Assembly: GCA_035541415.1 (NCBI GenBank)
Contig: DATKNI010000021.1
Location: 708 to 64,707, forward strand
Length of the DNA stretch: 64,000 bases
Direction: 5' to 3'
Source: Minisyncoccota bacterium
Lineage (GTDB): Bacteria > Patescibacteriota > Minisyncoccia > UBA6257 > 2-01-FULL-56-20
Part shown: positions 44,482-52,370 of the stretch, in pieces
Numbering within the stretch: position 1 is the stretch's first letter
Layout: every line of letters begins with the position of its first letter
Notes under the pieces: generated by a model
Databases searched by the model: none
Told to the model about the DNA's origin: nothing
Seen by the model: the letters and a program-made list of their open reading frames with translations, nothing else
Made by a program: the position numbers and the translations under genes

Positions 44482-46911
44482 ATGGCTCACAAGCATTCCG
44501 TTCCCACTATCTTTGTGGTCCTCGGCGCGACCGGGGATTTGATGGCAAAAAAAATAATACCGGCGCTGTTCCACCTTTACGAAAAGAAAGAGCTGCCTTC
44601 GAATTTCAAATTCGTCGGCGTCTCGCGCCGTGATTGGAACGACGACGATCTGCGCCGGCACATCGAAGCGATTTTAAGCGTCAAAGTCCCGCACGCATCG
44701 CGCGCTTCAATCGAGGGCTTTCTTGAACTCGCCATCTATCACAAGCTTGTTTTTGATTCGCGCGACGACTACATCGGATTGAAAGACGCGCTGCGGCGCA
44801 TCGACGACGAGAAAGGCATGTGCTCGAACAAGCTCATGTATCTTTCCGTCCCGCCGCAATTTTATCCGGAGATTTTGGAGAACATGAAGCGCGCCGGCCT
44901 CCACGAGGAGTGCGCTCCGCAAGGACAAGGCGAAGGCTGGACGCGCATCGTGATTGAAAAGCCGTTTGGCAACGATGAAAAGAGCGCAAAATCCCTTGAT
45001 GCGCTTCTCGCGCGGATTTTCCACGAAGACCAAATTTATCGCGTCGATCACTATCTCGCCAAAGAAACTTTCCAGAATATCCTGGCGTTCCGTTTTTATA
45101 ACGATCTTTTTGAGGATGCGTGGGGCAATAGCCTGATCGAAACGGTATATTTGCGCGAACTCGAAAACGTCGGCGTCGAAGACCGCGGCTCATTTTATGA
45201 TCCGCTCGGCGCCCTTCGCGACGTCGGCCAAAATCACATGCTGCAGATGGCGGCGCTTATCGCGATGGACCAGCCTGCGGGACTCACCGCCGACGCGATC
45301 CGCGCCAAGCGCGCCGAGATTTTGCAAAAGTTGCGGCCGCTTTCAAAAGACGAAATCGCGGCGCAGACCTTCCGCGCGCAATATGAAGGCTACCATTCCA
45401 TCAGGGGCGTGCGTCCGAACTCGCCGACGGAAACGTACTTCCGCGTGCGGTTCGGCATCGATCATCAGAACTGGCAGGGCGTGCAGTTCATTATGGAAGC
45501 CGGCAAACGCATCATCGACCCGCGCGAACATCGCGAGGTGACGGAAATCGAAGTGCTGTTCCGGCATCCGTCGCCATGCCTGTGTCCGCCGGGCAAGCAT
45601 TATCGCGATCGCATCGTGTTCCGGCAGGATCCCAAAGAGGGGATCAGCATCCACTTCTGGGCCAAGAAGCCGGGATTCACGATGGAGATAGAAGAGCGCA
45701 CGTTCGAGTTTGACATCAAAGGGCGCGAAGCGGGCGAAGAGCGGTCGCAGTACACGGAGGAATATGAAAAGCTCCTGCGCGATTGCATGGAGGGTGACCA
45801 GACGCTTTTCATTTCAAGCAAGGAAATTGCGGCAATGTGGCGCTTTGTCGATCCGATCGAAAAGGGCTGGCAGAAAGGGCTCGTTCCGTTGCGGCACTAT
45901 GTTCCCGACAGTTCGGCCGTGACGGTTGAGGCACAGGTGATCGACGAGCCAAAACCCGAATCAAAACTTGTTAAAGAAATTGCCGTGTTTGGCCTCGGTA
46001 AGATGGGCGCGAACGTTGCGCGACAGCTCGACGACAAAGGCTGGCGCGTGGTTGTTGCAAACCGATCGCCGGGTTTGGTTGATGCGCTCAAAAAAGAAGG
46101 ATTCGAGGGGGTGTATACGATCCGCGAACTCACGAGCGCCGTGAAGGCGCCGCGCGTCATATGGATGATGATCACCGCCGGGCAGGGCATCGATGAATTT
46201 TTGTTCGGCACGAAAGGCACCGCCAAAAATCCCGGCCATGAAGGATTGGTGGACCATCTCCGCAAGGGCGACATCGTGATCGACGCGGCAAATTCCTTTT
46301 ATGAAGATACGGTGCGCCGCGCAAAATTGCTCGCAAAGCGCGGCATCCGATTCATGGATGTCGGATTTTCCGGCGGACCGTCGGGCGCGCGCCATGGCGG
46401 CTCGCTCATGATTGGCGGCGAAGAAAAATTATTCAACTATCTTGAGCCGCTCTTCAAGGATCTTTCCGTGCCGGGCGGCTACTCGCATTTCGGCGCGGCC
46501 GGGTCGGGGCATTTTGTGAAGATGGTGCACAATGGCATCGAGTACGGCATGATGCAGTCGCTCGCCGAAGGGTTTGCCCTCATGAAGAAGTCGCCCTTCA
46601 AACTCGACCTCCAGAAAATCGCAAATATCTACAACCGCGGCAGCGTGATCGAGTCGCGCCTCGTAGGTTGGCTCGAAGATGCTTTCCAGGTGTATGGCAA
46701 AGAATTGAAGTCCGTTTCGGGCTCCGTCGCCTATACCGGCGAAGGCGAGTGGACCGTGAAAACCGGCAAAAAGCTCAACATGAAGCTTCCGGCCATCGAA
46801 GATGCGTTCCGTTTTCGGGTCCGTTCCAAGCAAAAGCCGAGTTATATGGGAAAAATCTTGTCTGCATTGCGGAACCGTTTTGGCGGACACTCGATTGATA
46901 ACAAAAAATAA
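44482..46911 (+). CDS. zwf-gnd: bifunctional fusion: glucose-6-phosphate 1-dehydrogenase (N-terminal ~490 aa) fused to short-type 6-phosphogluconate dehydrogenase (C-terminal ~310 aa)
   Basis: The N-terminal part carries FVVLGATGDLMAKKIIPALF and RIVIEKPFGND...IYRVDHYLAKE, which are G6PD signatures. The C-terminal part carries IAVFGLGKMGANVARQL, a Rossmann motif, and GAAGSGHFVKMVHNGIEYGMMQ, the 6PGDH signature. The 809-aa frame is uninterrupted. Confidence 0.85.
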   Translation: MAHKHSVPTIFVVLGATGDLMAKKIIPALFHLYEKKELPSNFKFVGVSRRDWNDDDLRRHIEAILSVKVPHASRASIEGFLELAIYHKLVFDSRDDYIGLKDALRRIDDEKGMCSNKLMYLSVPPQFYPEILENMKRAGLHEECAPQGQGEGWTRIVIEKPFGNDEKSAKSLDALLARIFHEDQIYRVDHYLAKETFQNILAFRFYNDLFEDAWGNSLIETVYLRELENVGVEDRGSFYDPLGALRDVGQNHMLQMAALIAMDQPAGLTADAIRAKRAEILQKLRPLSKDEIAAQTFRAQYEGYHSIRGVRPNSPTETYFRVRFGIDHQNWQGVQFIMEAGKRIIDPREHREVTEIEVLFRHPSPCLCPPGKHYRDRIVFRQDPKEGISIHFWAKKPGFTMEIEERTFEFDIKGREAGEERSQYTEEYEKLLRDCMEGDQTLFISSKEIAAMWRFVDPIEKGWQKGLVPLRHYVPDSSAVTVEAQVIDEPKPESKLVKEIAVFGLGKMGANVARQLDDKGWRVVVANRSPGLVDALKKEGFEGVYTIRELTSAVKAPRVIWMMITAGQGIDEFLFGTKGTAKNPGHEGLVDHLRKGDIVIDAANSFYEDTVRRAKLLAKRGIRFMDVGFSGGPSGARHGGSLMIGGEEKLFNYLEPLFKDLSVPGGYSHFGAAGSGHFVKMVHNGIEYGMMQSLAEGFALMKKSPFKLDLQKIANIYNRGSVIESRLVGWLEDAFQVYGKELKSVSGSVAYTGEGEWTVKTGKKLNMKLPAIEDAFRFRVRSKQKPSYMGKILSALRNRFGGHSIDNKK

Positions 46912-47005
46912 AGAAGTTATCCCCAGAAATTGACAGGTTGTGCACCGCCGAATCCCTGTTTTTTCTTGACTTTTAAACAGACAATCTAGAATGAAAATGT
47001 GGGTT

Positions 47006-47028
47006 CGTTCTCAACCTCACTGAGAACG
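47006..47028 (+). promoter_or_regulatory. 8-bp hairpin (CGTTCTCA-N7-TGAGAACG) within a 370-nt non-coding leader upstream of the CBS-domain gene
   Basis: Seen directly in the sequence. The same leader contains a GATCCACAG motif at 47084-47092. Confidence 0.25.
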
Positions 47029-47278
47029 GGGCAAAGGTTCCCGTCAAGCAATTCATTCATCCAGGTCCCGGAATATTGTATATCTGTGGATCTGCAATAA
47101 GGGACCATTGTTGATACCAAGCGGGACACCAGCCTCCAATGACTGCAGATTATGGGGCTGCAGACCGCAGGACGAACCCATCAGCTATTTTCCCGAGAGG
47201 TTCTGTTCGCGTTCCGGGACCTCTTCTTTTCCTTCGACATCAGCTTTCTTTCAGCCATGAAACCTTATTATCACAACC

Positions 47279-47767
47279 ATGAAAGTCCGCGATGTCATGA
47301 TACGCAACGTCATTACGCTATCGCCGAAAACAAGCTATGAGGAAGCGGCGCGGATTTTATACGGCAACCATATAAGCGGAGCTCCCGTCGTGAATGAGCG
47401 GGGTACGATCGTCGGCATGATATCCGAGAAGGATCTCTTCCGCGCATTATATCCGACCTATGCCGAGTATTGCGCCGAGCCACAGGCATTTTATGACTGG
47501 GAAGGCCGGGAGCATACCATTGAGCAGGTCCGCAGCCAGCCGATTGAGCGGTACATGTCTGAGCCGGCAGTTACCGTCGACGAGAGCGATCCGATCCTCC
47601 GCGCCGGAGGTTTGATGCTTGCGCATAGTTTGCACCGTTTGCCGGTTACGCGGCATGGCGCGCTCGCGGGCATCGTCACGCGGGAAGCTATTTACCAAAC
47701 CATCCTTCAGCACCAGCTTTTTTCGCGATATCGAAAGGTCGCAACAGCAATACACCAGAATCTATGA
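47279..47767 (+). CDS. CBS-pair domain protein
   Basis: Two CBS motifs (VMIRNVITLSPKTSYEEAARILYGNHISGAPVV...GMISEKDLFR and PAVTVDESDPILRAGGLMLAHSLHRLPVT...GIVTREAI). Confidence 0.8.
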   Translation: MKVRDVMIRNVITLSPKTSYEEAARILYGNHISGAPVVNERGTIVGMISEKDLFRALYPTYAEYCAEPQAFYDWEGREHTIEQVRSQPIERYMSEPAVTVDESDPILRAGGLMLAHSLHRLPVTRHGALAGIVTREAIYQTILQHQLFSRYRKVATAIHQNL

Positions 47768-48030
47768 ATGAAACCAAACGGACACTGATGCTTGTGGGGG
47801 TCGTTACGCACTATTATGCGCGCCCCGGGGCGGCCGTCGTTAGGTTCATCAGGAATGTGCCGCTCAAAACGCACATTTATTTCCATGGGAAAACGACGAA
47901 CTTTGAGGAGGACATTGACTCCCTCGAATATAATCGTTTCCCAACGGATCTCGCCAAAATGAATCACAACGTTGGCGTGAGCGTCACCGAGCGCGTGCGG
48001 AAAGGAGACCGGGTGTACACATTCGTATGA
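47764..48030 (+). CDS. hypothetical protein (start overlaps the CBS gene stop by 4 nt)
   Basis: Inferred from translational coupling. No family recognised. Confidence 0.4.
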   Translation: MNETKRTLMLVGVVTHYYARPGAAVVRFIRNVPLKTHIYFHGKTTNFEEDIDSLEYNRFPTDLAKMNHNVGVSVTERVRKGDRVYTFV

Positions 48031-48131
48031 GCGATTCCGCCGGATGAACGGCCCGTGCGAGCGGGCCGTTTTTGCTGCCGCCGTCCGGGCTGGGGAAACA
48101 GAACGGGCGATGAATCGCGTATAATAGAGAT

Positions 48132-49103
48132 ATGCTTCCCGACGACATCAAAAATTATGCAAAGCAATTCGACTACGAGCCCCTGGTCGAAAACTCAAAA
48201 AAGCTGAAGAAATTCGGCAAATTTGTGGTTGCCGGGATGGGCGGGTCGCACCTCGGTGCGGATATTATCAAAACGTGGCATCCGGAACTCGATTTGGTGG
48301 TGTGGCACAACTACGGCCTGCCGAAACTTCATGAAAAAGATCTGAAGGATCGCTTGATTATTTTGAGTTCGTACTCGGGCAATACCGAAGAGACGATCGA
48401 CGCCTTGAACGCGGCAAAGGCAAAACGGTTGAACATGGCCGTCGTCGCCGCGCGCGGCAAGCTGATCAAGCTCGCGCAGAGTCTCAAAATCCCGTATGTG
48501 CAGATGCCCGATTTTCACATGCAGCCGCGCATGGCGACGGGACTGAGCGTTAAGGCGTTGCTCGCCGTGATGGGGGAGAAGGCCTGGCTTTCGGAAGCCA
48601 AGGCGCTCGGCGCCATGCTCCAGCCGTCGCGCGAAGAATTGCGCGGGCGCGATCTCGCAAAACGGCTGCACGGCTCCGTGCCGATTATCTATGCGTCGGT
48701 TCCGAACGCCGCCCTCGCGCAGAATTGGAAGATAAAGCTCAATGAAACCGGAAAGGTTCCGGCGTTCTGGAATGTGGTTCCCGAAATGAATCACAACGAG
48801 ATGACGGGTTTCGATGCCAAGGGCAAAACGACGCCGCTTTCGCGCCATTTCCATTTTGTATTTTTGAAGGATCCCGACGACGACCGCCGCATCATCAAGC
48901 GCATGAATGTGCTCGAGAAATTATTGCGCGACCGCGGCTTCAAGGCGGAAATCGTTTTGCTCCAAGGCAAGAACCCGATCCACAAAATTTTCAACGCGCT
49001 CGTTCTCGGCGATTGGACCGCGTACCACAGCGGCAAATTGTACGGCATCGATCCCGAGGAGGTGCCGATGGTGGAAGAGTTCAAAAAAATGATTGCGCGA
49101 TAA
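48132..49103 (+). CDS. bifunctional phosphoglucose/phosphomannose isomerase (archaeal-type SIS-domain PGI/PMI)
   Basis: SIS-domain motif FVVAGMGGSHLGADII and the C-terminal PGI/PMI region (WNVVPEMNHNEMTGF). TATAAT lies 6 nt upstream of the ATG. Confidence 0.7.
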   Translation: MLPDDIKNYAKQFDYEPLVENSKKLKKFGKFVVAGMGGSHLGADIIKTWHPELDLVVWHNYGLPKLHEKDLKDRLIILSSYSGNTEETIDALNAAKAKRLNMAVVAARGKLIKLAQSLKIPYVQMPDFHMQPRMATGLSVKALLAVMGEKAWLSEAKALGAMLQPSREELRGRDLAKRLHGSVPIIYASVPNAALAQNWKIKLNETGKVPAFWNVVPEMNHNEMTGFDAKGKTTPLSRHFHFVFLKDPDDDRRIIKRMNVLEKLLRDRGFKAEIVLLQGKNPIHKIFNALVLGDWTAYHSGKLYGIDPEEVPMVEEFKKMIAR

Positions 49104-49145
49104 CAAAAAAGCCGCCATTACTTGGCGGCTCGTTGTGTTTGGGGC

Positions 49146-49325
49146 CTATGTTTTTGGGTGTCTCTGGTTCCGGAATTCGATAAACGAGATTCGAGGTTTT
49201 GCGGACGGGACGGTTGGGGGTTTTTCTTCCGGTTTTGGCGTTCTCCGTCTGTCGAGCAGCATGCCTACCGCAAAAACACTTCCGAAATACAGCGCAAGGA
49301 TCAAGAGCGTTAGTGGATACTCCAT
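49146..49325 (-). CDS. hypothetical small membrane protein (59 aa) with SD and terminator
   Basis: MEYPLTLLILALYFGSVFAVGMLLDRRRTPKPEEKPPTVPSAKPRISFIEFRNQRHPKT. GGAGGAGGG lies 4-8 nt upstream of the ATG. The - strand hairpin AGCCGCCA/TGGCGGCT plus U-tract follows at 49105-49135. Confidence 0.4.
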   Translation of the reverse strand: MEYPLTLLILALYFGSVFAVGMLLDRRRTPKPEEKPPTVPSAKPRISFIEFRNQRHPKT

Positions 49326-49406
49326 GAAGCCCTCCTCCTATGGTTAGGATAGGAGATTATTGAAGGATCGTCCAACCGTTCCGACGACATGCTATAATGA
49401 CCAAAC

Positions 49407-50096
49407 ATGGCCACCAAACTTTCGCGTTCCAAGCTTGAACTTTTCACCGAGTGCCGCCGTTGTTTTTGGCTCGATCTGAAGCAGGGGATCAAACGCCCGT
49501 CGGGGCCGCCGTTCACGTTGAATAACGCCGTGGACTACCTCCTCAAGGAGGAATTCGACGTGCATCGCAATAAAAAAACCCGTCATCCGGTGATGGAGAA
49601 ATTCGAGATCAATGCGCTGCCGTTCCAGCACGACAGTCTGAGCAAGTGGCGGCACAACTTTACCGGCGTGCAGGTTAACCACGAGCCGACGGGATTCCTG
49701 GTGTATGGCGCCGTCGATGATTTGTGGGTGAACCCCGACGGCCAGATCCACGTTGTCGACTACAAAGCGACCGGCGCGAAGGAGCATAAAATTTATGATT
49801 CGTATCGCCGCCAGATGGAAATCTACCAGTGGCTCCTGCGCCACAATGGCCTCGACGTTTCACCGCGCGGATATTTCGTATTTGCAAAAGTGAATAAAGC
49901 CGACGGCTTTGGCAACGGGGACGCCGCGCTTGCGTTCGACCTCTTCATCGAACCGCTCGACGGCGATGATTCGTGGGTGGAACAAGCATTGCAATCCGCC
50001 AAAAAAACTTTTGACATGACAGAGATTCCGGACGCAACGCCGGAGTGCGATTTTTGCTCGTATCGACACGCCGTGGCGCGCGCCGTCACGGAGTAG
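49407..50096 (+). CDS. PD-(D/E)xK nuclease superfamily protein with four Cys (Cas4/RecB-nuclease-domain-like), solitary
   Basis: N-terminal CRRC, D...VVDYKATG (D-x-K catalytic motif) and C-terminal CDFCSY, in a Cas4-like Cys arrangement. TATAAT lies 8 nt upstream of the ATG. Confidence 0.55.
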   Translation: MATKLSRSKLELFTECRRCFWLDLKQGIKRPSGPPFTLNNAVDYLLKEEFDVHRNKKTRHPVMEKFEINALPFQHDSLSKWRHNFTGVQVNHEPTGFLVYGAVDDLWVNPDGQIHVVDYKATGAKEHKIYDSYRRQMEIYQWLLRHNGLDVSPRGYFVFAKVNKADGFGNGDAALAFDLFIEPLDGDDSWVEQALQSAKKTFDMTEIPDATPECDFCSYRHAVARAVTE

Positions 50097-50161
50097 GCTT
50101 GCATTTTTCTGGAATTTAGATATAATAATTCATAGCAAAATCTCATTCGCGGGAGGCGAGC

Positions 50162-50629
50162 ATGAAGGTAACGTTTGCGATCGTGAAGCTTGTTGCTTTG
50201 GCGGTAGGGATTGCTTCGTTCGTTGCATTCCGGATCTTGGGCGGCATACTGGCGGGATTCACGGCCGATCCCATCACCGGCCTTACGGTTCTCGGAGGCT
50301 CTGTCATGGCTGGCGTTCTCTGTGGTTATGTAGTCCATCTGATGCTCGGATTCGTCGTAACAGAATTAGTGGTGGGCTATTGCATGCTCATGGGGCGTCC
50401 TCGACCGAACGTGGTTGAACCTCCTCGGATGGGGCCGGTCGAACATGGTCTCTATGCGGGCATCGCCGTTTGGTTCGGAGTCTATGCGATTCAGACTATC
50501 GCTGTGGGGTTGCGGATCCAAACCTATTTCGGCCTGGATCTCATTCCGAGCATCGCCGTCGGCGTCGCCGCAGGATTCTGGAATGGCATCAAGCATTACA
50601 ACAAAGACCAGGTCGCGCCCATCGCGTGA
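50162..50629 (+). CDS. hypothetical polytopic membrane protein
   Basis: Four hydrophobic segments. GGGAGG SD upstream. Confidence 0.5.
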   Translation: MKVTFAIVKLVALAVGIASFVAFRILGGILAGFTADPITGLTVLGGSVMAGVLCGYVVHLMLGFVVTELVVGYCMLMGRPRPNVVEPPRMGPVEHGLYAGIAVWFGVYAIQTIAVGLRIQTYFGLDLIPSIAVGVAAGFWNGIKHYNKDQVAPIA

Positions 50630-50643
50630 TCGTTTTCCAATGC

Positions 50644-50681
50644 GGCCGGGACTTCAGCGTCCCGGCCCTTTATTATTTTTT
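50644..50681 (+). terminator. strong intrinsic terminator
   Basis: GGCCGGGAC-ttcagc-GTCCCGGCC hairpin followed by CTTTATTATTTTTT. Confidence 0.8.
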
Positions 50682-50706
50682 AATCCAAAAACTCTATAAT
50701 GAATGC

Positions 50707-51036
50707 ATGCCGATCATTCCGAAATTTAAACCGCTTCATTGGACAAGCCATGCGAAAGCCAAGATGATGTTTTATCGTCTGGGTCCCGGTCGCATTCGGC
50801 GCGTGCTCCATTCGCCAAAGCGCGTGGAAGAGGGAGTTGCGCCGCGAACGGTAGCCATGATGCAGCCGGCCTCAATCAAAAATGGAAAATGGACGCAAGA
50901 AATCTGGGTGATGTTTCAAGATTCTCCCAAGGAACGGAACGTGATCAGCGCGTGGCGCTATCCCGGGGTAACCAAGCCGCGAGGGGAGATCAAGGCCTTT
51001 TTACGCCGGGAATATCAGGAGTTTTTGGCTAGTTGA
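50707..51036 (+). CDS. hypothetical protein, DUF4258-like (toxin-like fold) candidate
   Basis: HWTSHAKAKMMFYRLGPGRIRRVLHSPKRVEEG resembles the H-A-x-x-R-x-x-x-R-x-I DUF4258 pattern. TATAAT lies 6 nt upstream of the ATG. Confidence 0.3.
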   Translation: MPIIPKFKPLHWTSHAKAKMMFYRLGPGRIRRVLHSPKRVEEGVAPRTVAMMQPASIKNGKWTQEIWVMFQDSPKERNVISAWRYPGVTKPRGEIKAFLRREYQEFLAS

Positions 51037-51124
51037 CAAACATAATTTTATATGCTAATATAGCCTTAGCATAATAGTTAAAATACAGCAGTATGGATTC
51101 CGTGGTAGGAATCCAAATTCGAGG
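51033..51124 (+). promoter_or_regulatory. promoter (-35 TTGACA 51033-51038, 17 nt, -10 TAATAT) with two 7-bp inverted repeats (ATGCTAA-N7-TTAGCAT overlapping the -10; GGATTCC-N6-GGAATCC downstream) upstream of the small gene 51133
   Basis: Read directly from the sequence. Confidence 0.45.
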
Positions 51125-51132
51125 GTAGAACA

Positions 51133-51351
51133 ATGTTGTGCTGGCAAGATGTAAAGAAGATTACTGAACAGCCTGCGGATCCGATCGACGCAGTCGTGAA
51201 CCAAGCGACGCGACTCACGATGGCTTTTCAAGCCAAGTCGTCTTTCCTTGTGAGAGAACTCGATCGCGAAATCGATTCCCTTATGGGAATCGCAACCGCC
51301 GTGCTGGCCCGTCATGGGATCAAGAGCCGGCAGGATCATCCTAACCAATAA
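51133..51351 (+). CDS. hypothetical small protein (72 aa) with its own promoter/operator and terminator
   Basis: ORF with a GAGGG SD. A terminator hairpin (GGGCCGTACC-gaaa-GGTGCGGCCC followed by a U-tract) lies at 51358-51392. Confidence 0.4.
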   Translation: MLCWQDVKKITEQPADPIDAVVNQATRLTMAFQAKSSFLVRELDREIDSLMGIATAVLARHGIKSRQDHPNQ

Positions 51352-51357
51352 AGCAGG

Positions 51358-51392
51358 GGGCCGTACCGAAAGGTGCGGCCCGTTTCATTTTT
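51358..51392 (+). terminator. intrinsic terminator
   Basis: Hairpin followed by CGTTTCATTTTT. Confidence 0.6.
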
Positions 51393-51405
51393 CTATAATA
51401 AACAC

Positions 51406-51975
51406 ATGCTATTCTCTAAGCGTATCATCTGGGGCGGATTGATAATACTCGCGGTATTTGCTGTAATAGGTGAGTGGTACATCAAGGAACCGGCGGCCAA
51501 CAGCAATCATGAGCCGCCGCAATCATCATCAACTATGATCATCACGAGTCCTGCATTTGAAGACGGCGGAATTATTCCCAAGAAATATACCTGCGATGGA
51601 GGGGATATCAATCCGGAGCTTCAGATCCACTATGTCCCTCGGGAGGCGCGAAGCCTCGCGCTCATTCTCCACGATCCCGACGTGCCGATGCCGGGAGGAT
51701 TTACGCATTGGGTGGTGTGGAACATCAGCCCCGAGACCACGCTCATCAAAGATGAAAGCGTGCCTCCGGATGCCGTCGAAGGGCGGAACAGCGCCGGACG
51801 AATCGGCTACATGGGACCATGCCCGCCGTCGGGGACGCACCATTATCATTTCCAGCTGTATGCGCTGAACGACGTTCTTGATATTCCTGCGACATCGTCG
51901 CTTGAGGAGATTCAAAAACAGATCGATGAGCATCTCGTTGCGAAAGCGGATTTAGTTGGCCTGTACGCCCGATAG
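51406..51975 (+). CDS. PEBP-family protein (YbhB/YbcL, Raf-kinase-inhibitor-like)
   Basis: IHYVPREARSLALILHDPDVPMPGGFTHWVVWNI...GYMGPCPPSGTHHYHFQLYAL. TATAAT lies 6 nt upstream of the ATG. Confidence 0.8.
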   Translation: MLFSKRIIWGGLIILAVFAVIGEWYIKEPAANSNHEPPQSSSTMIITSPAFEDGGIIPKKYTCDGGDINPELQIHYVPREARSLALILHDPDVPMPGGFTHWVVWNISPETTLIKDESVPPDAVEGRNSAGRIGYMGPCPPSGTHHYHFQLYALNDVLDIPATSSLEEIQKQIDEHLVAKADLVGLYAR

Positions 51976-51984
51976 CCGTCGCGC

Positions 51985-52365
51985 GTGATACAGCGCGTGA
52001 TACAATCAAACTATATGGAATCAAACGGCTCGGCGACGATCTTGCGATGGGGGTTGGCCTTTGTTTTCTTCTATGCCGCGATCGCGGCGCTTCTTGACCC
52101 GGGCGAGTGGGGAGCATTCCTGCCTCCATCGCTTAGCGCCGTCGCACCGCTTTCGTTTTTCCTCACCGTGTTCTCGGTCTATGAGCTGATCCTTGCCGTA
52201 TGGCTTTTCTGGGGGAAGCACCTGTGGTGGTCGTCGCTTCTCGCGACAATCACGCTCGCCGGAGTTGCCGTCGCAAACTATCAGGCGATGGATATCGCAT
52301 TCCGGGACATCGGTCTCGCATTCGCGGCGCTTGCGCTCTTCCAAGCGGCGCGACATAATAGTTAA
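51985..52365 (+). CDS. hypothetical membrane protein (DoxX-like)
   Basis: Four TM segments (LRWGLAFVFFYAAIAALLDPGEWG...). Confidence 0.4.
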   Translation: MIQRVIQSNYMESNGSATILRWGLAFVFFYAAIAALLDPGEWGAFLPPSLSAVAPLSFFLTVFSVYELILAVWLFWGKHLWWSSLLATITLAGVAVANYQAMDIAFRDIGLAFAALALFQAARHNS

Positions 52366-52370
52366 TATAC

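Noticed and set aside
46912-47278. Possible SRP RNA, RNase P RNA or tmRNA in the long intergenic region
   Set aside because: Local resemblances (CAGGTCCCGGAA, ACGAACCC) fall short of the conserved cores (GGAAGGAAGCAGC, GGAAAGUCCGG, tRNA-like T-arm/CCA). No convincing secondary structure could be built by eye.
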